From Promethearchaeota archaeon (GTDB lineage: Archaea; Asgardarchaeota; Lokiarchaeia; Sigyniarchaeales; SOKP01), in assembly GCA_048941265.1 (NCBI GenBank), contig JBHLNT010000039.1:1-29720 (forward strand): DNA of 29,720 bases. Direction: 5' to 3'. A program made the translations under genes and the position numbers. The notes below the pieces were generated by a model, which saw nothing but the letters and a program-made list of their open reading frames with translations, ran no database searches and was not told where the DNA came from. Of the stretch, positions 27,279 to 29,720 are shown in pieces. Numbering within the stretch: position 1 is the first letter of the stretch; each line of letters opens with the position of its first letter.

Positions 27279-28376
27279 ATGATTATTTGTAGCAACTGTG
27301 GAGCCATTAACAGTGATGAATCCAGTAGGTTTTGCAGAAAGTGCGGTGCTTTACTCCCTGTGATAGCAAAACCTTCAAAGATTCGAATACCAACTCCCGG
27401 TTCTAAAAACCAAAAGAAGGAGATTAATCCATCAGTAATTAATACTACTGCTGAAAAAACTACTACAAGCATAAAAACAAACCAGAACATACCTTATTTA
27501 AATAGAGAAGCAGGAATTTTTGCCCCAAAAGTAAACAAAACCGAAAAACCAAATCAATTAGAATTACAAGAAATTCCTAAACCGCAAATAAAAAAAAATT
27601 TGCCGAAAGTTGCGGAGATTCCTCCAAAAATTATTAAAACGGAGGAATTAAAAAGTGATTTAATGGAAATTACAGTTAAGATTCCTGAGGAACATAAAAA
27701 AGGAGAAAAAGAATTTCTTAAAGAAATAACACCCAAACCTTTTAATGGAACTATTAAGGCATCTAAAAGTGCTTATGGTCCTCCAAAAAAAGGATTAGAT
27801 ATTGATCTTAGCACCAAATCGAAATCAAAAGGCTTAAAGGCAGAGGAAGCATTGTTAAGGCAAAAACAGTTGGAAGAAGATATGTCAGATGTATTAGCTG
27901 TGCTTTCAAAAAAAATATCCATTTCAAAGGAAAAAATATCACAACCAAAACCTTCAAAAATTAAAAAGGAAGAAAAAGAAATAGTTCCCTCTAGTATGAA
28001 CGAAATTTTAACACAACTTTTAAACTTAGATAAATTTATTGAAGCATCAGCATTAATTAAAAGAGATGGTACTATATTAGCTTCAGCTTTATCAAATAGA
28101 ATTTCAGATTCTTTATTCCTAACTATTGGTCAAAATCTTTCTATGATCGGAAGTGATATTATTGAAGGTTTGAGTGCTGGCAAATTAGATTCAATCTCTA
28201 TACGTGGTAGCGAAGGTGTTTTTGACCTCGCACCTCTTCCAATCGATAAAAGAATACCGGAATTAACAGACATGATTCTTATGATTTTCAGTCATCCAAG
28301 AGTTAAACCAGGTATTATATCATTTGCAGTCAACATTGTTAAGAAACAGATTAAGGATTATTTAGGAGTTAAATAG
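27279..28376 (+). CDS. Zinc-ribbon + disordered linker + roadblock/LC7 (MglB/LAMTOR-like) protein
   Basis: N-terminal CSNCG..CRKCG; ~200-aa K/P/E-rich linker; C-terminal IEASALIKRDGTILAS..LDSISIRGSEG..ILMIFS..G.I roadblock pattern. Confidence 0.85.
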   Translation: MIICSNCGAINSDESSRFCRKCGALLPVIAKPSKIRIPTPGSKNQKKEINPSVINTTAEKTTTSIKTNQNIPYLNREAGIFAPKVNKTEKPNQLELQEIPKPQIKKNLPKVAEIPPKIIKTEELKSDLMEITVKIPEEHKKGEKEFLKEITPKPFNGTIKASKSAYGPPKKGLDIDLSTKSKSKGLKAEEALLRQKQLEEDMSDVLAVLSKKISISKEKISQPKPSKIKKEEKEIVPSSMNEILTQLLNLDKFIEASALIKRDGTILASALSNRISDSLFLTIGQNLSMIGSDIIEGLSAGKLDSISIRGSEGVFDLAPLPIDKRIPELTDMILMIFSHPRVKPGIISFAVNIVKKQIKDYLGVK

Positions 28377-28490
28377 CATCTTTGGTTATTAATTATAAAT
28401 GAATTTTTATACTGGAATTGTCTACTTTTTTTAATAATCAAAATAGAATATTATTAAGAGATAAAATTTGATAAATAACATGGGTTAATT

Positions 28491-29141
28491 ATGAGTATTC
28501 CAGATTTTATAAAAAATGAAACACAGGGCTTAAATAAACATGATAAAAGCTTTGACTCGATTCTAGGGAAGGAAATAATAACAATATTCGTGCCCGAAAG
28601 GTTTAAAGTAAATGATACTTACTGGAATCAGTTTATTCCAGATAATAAACTTCAAGCGGCCTCTATTACGAAAGGAGAAAGAGAATATAAATATGTAGGT
28701 AAGGAAATCATTCACATCTCTTACGATTTAGAGCCTAAAATTGAAAAACGTCCTGATATTAGAAAATTGACAGCTTGTCCACACTCGCCATGCGTATATT
28801 GTCAGCAAATCAAAAAAATTAAAACTCACTTTGAAAATGGGATATATCGAACTTTAAAGGTGGGAGAATATTTTTCCTTTTCTGCAAATGCGAATCTAAT
28901 CCAAGCAACGCTGTGGGTTGAATATGGCAAAGCGCAAATTTATTCCTATGAAGGAAATAGAGAGTTTATGAGATCAGAGATCATAGATATTCATAATCCT
29001 GCTAGCGTGTGGACATTTGGAAGAAGAGATATGAGAACAATTAAAATATATGCAATTGCAAATGAATCTGAAGCAGAAAAAGATAATTTTACACGTCTGT
29101 GGATTCATATAGCTAGATATAATATAGAAAGTTGGCCTTAA
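28491..29141 (+). CDS. Hypothetical protein with a CPHSPCVYC motif
   Basis: 216-aa ATG-initiated ORF filling the gap between neighbours; no family recognised. Confidence 0.7.
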   Translation: MSIPDFIKNETQGLNKHDKSFDSILGKEIITIFVPERFKVNDTYWNQFIPDNKLQAASITKGEREYKYVGKEIIHISYDLEPKIEKRPDIRKLTACPHSPCVYCQQIKKIKTHFENGIYRTLKVGEYFSFSANANLIQATLWVEYGKAQIYSYEGNREFMRSEIIDIHNPASVWTFGRRDMRTIKIYAIANESEAEKDNFTRLWIHIARYNIESWP

Positions 29142-29159
29142 AAATTTTTAAGCGTTTAT

Positions 29160-29720
29160 TCACATTAACTTTTTTTGAGTATTAACACTTTTTATTTTAA
29201 TAATTTTATAATATTGTGAATACTTGTATAATTCTTGTAAAAATGTATTAAGATGATTGATTGAAACAAGAGGAACTCGGATATCATTAAGTTTGCTAAA
29301 ATTATCCTCTAGCGTAACCATAATCGGTATAAGACTAAATGGTAGACAGTTTTTTAAGCAGGGATTTATACCTAAAAGACTACGAATGAGTTTAGAAAAC
29401 GCATCTGGATTTTTTTTTAAAGCAATAGCTCTCTGGTATTGCAAATTTGCCGCCTTATTCATTGAACTATAAACATCTTTATGCCTCCACTGCTTAGCAT
29501 CAATTAATAAGAGAATATTGAGATTTAGGCCTATAACATCAACCTCATACCTTTTTTGAGAGGTCTTATTCTTATACTGTGATTTATCAGAAAATCTGAA
29601 ATTATTCAAGACTCTATAATTATTTTTAGATAAAATTTTATTTATTAACATTTCAAAGCCAGTATAATCCAGAAGCTCAGCTAGTAATTTTATATCTAAA
29701 TTTAACACTTTTATAGATTC
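29160..29720 (-). CDS. PD-(D/E)xK restriction-endonuclease-like protein (Mrr-cat/NERD-like), probably 5'-truncated by the window edge
   Basis: GFEMLINKIL..YRV, RYEVDVIG, LLIDAKQW. The frame stays open past GTG 29708 to base 29720 (GAA TCT ATA AAA GTG). Confidence 0.8.
   Translation of the reverse strand, partial: ESIKVLNLDIKLLAELLDYTGFEMLINKILSKNNYRVLNNFRFSDKSQYKNKTSQKRYEVDVIGLNLNILLLIDAKQWRHKDVYSSMNKAANLQYQRAIALKKNPDAFSKLIRSLLGINPCLKNCLPFSLIPIMVTLEDNFSKLNDIRVPLVSINHLNTFLQELYKYSQYYKIIKIKSVNTQKKLM

Noticed and set aside
3217-29472. Short opposite-strand ORFs in the track (3217, 6027, 6918, 7729, 12681, 13519, 13950, 16051, 16973, 20411, 20849, 22350, 24123, 27221, 27554, 29257)
   Set aside because: All overlap well-supported genes on the opposite strand and have S/F/L/I-rich shadow composition with no recognisable motifs.
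28491-29720. Defence island or restriction-modification system at the right edge
   Set aside because: Only one truncated nuclease-fold gene is visible, with no methylase, integrase or compositional shift. It cannot be judged without flanking sequence.
1-29720. CRISPR arrays, tRNA/rRNA genes, IS elements, specific promoters
   Set aside because: No regularly spaced repeats, GC-rich structured islands or transposases were seen. TATA-like and poly-A/T tracts are everywhere at this AT content and cannot be assigned reliably by eye.

Overview
Very AT-rich archaeal chromosomal window. Gene content points to an Asgard archaeon, most likely Lokiarchaeia/Promethearchaeota: longin- and roadblock-domain proteins, three Arf/Rag-like small GTPases, a divergent TBP, an archaeosortase and a stand-alone mtrH. 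This assignment is an inference. The left 9 kb is a tightly spaced minus-strand operon: longin protein, cheW, cheY, cheA, a cytoplasmic beta-sandwich protein resembling the adaptin mu-homology domain, a hypothetical protein, and a CheW-CheC-CheC fusion. It contains no chemoreceptor, CheR/CheB/CheD, CheF or archaellum gene. This chemosensory phosphorelay interleaved with eukaryote-like trafficking domains is the best candidate for an undescribed system. The right half mixes threonine-pathway genes (ACT regulator, hom, thrC) with a uDENN/longin-GTPase-roadblock fusion and a tandem Rag-like GTPase pair followed by a zinc-ribbon/roadblock protein. Two features missing from the ORF track were found: a degenerate second archaeosortase copy (~15450-15711) and a 57-aa zinc-ribbon gene (19876-20049). 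No rRNA, tRNA, CRISPR array or mobile element was recognised. All homology calls come from motif recognition by eye, not from searches.
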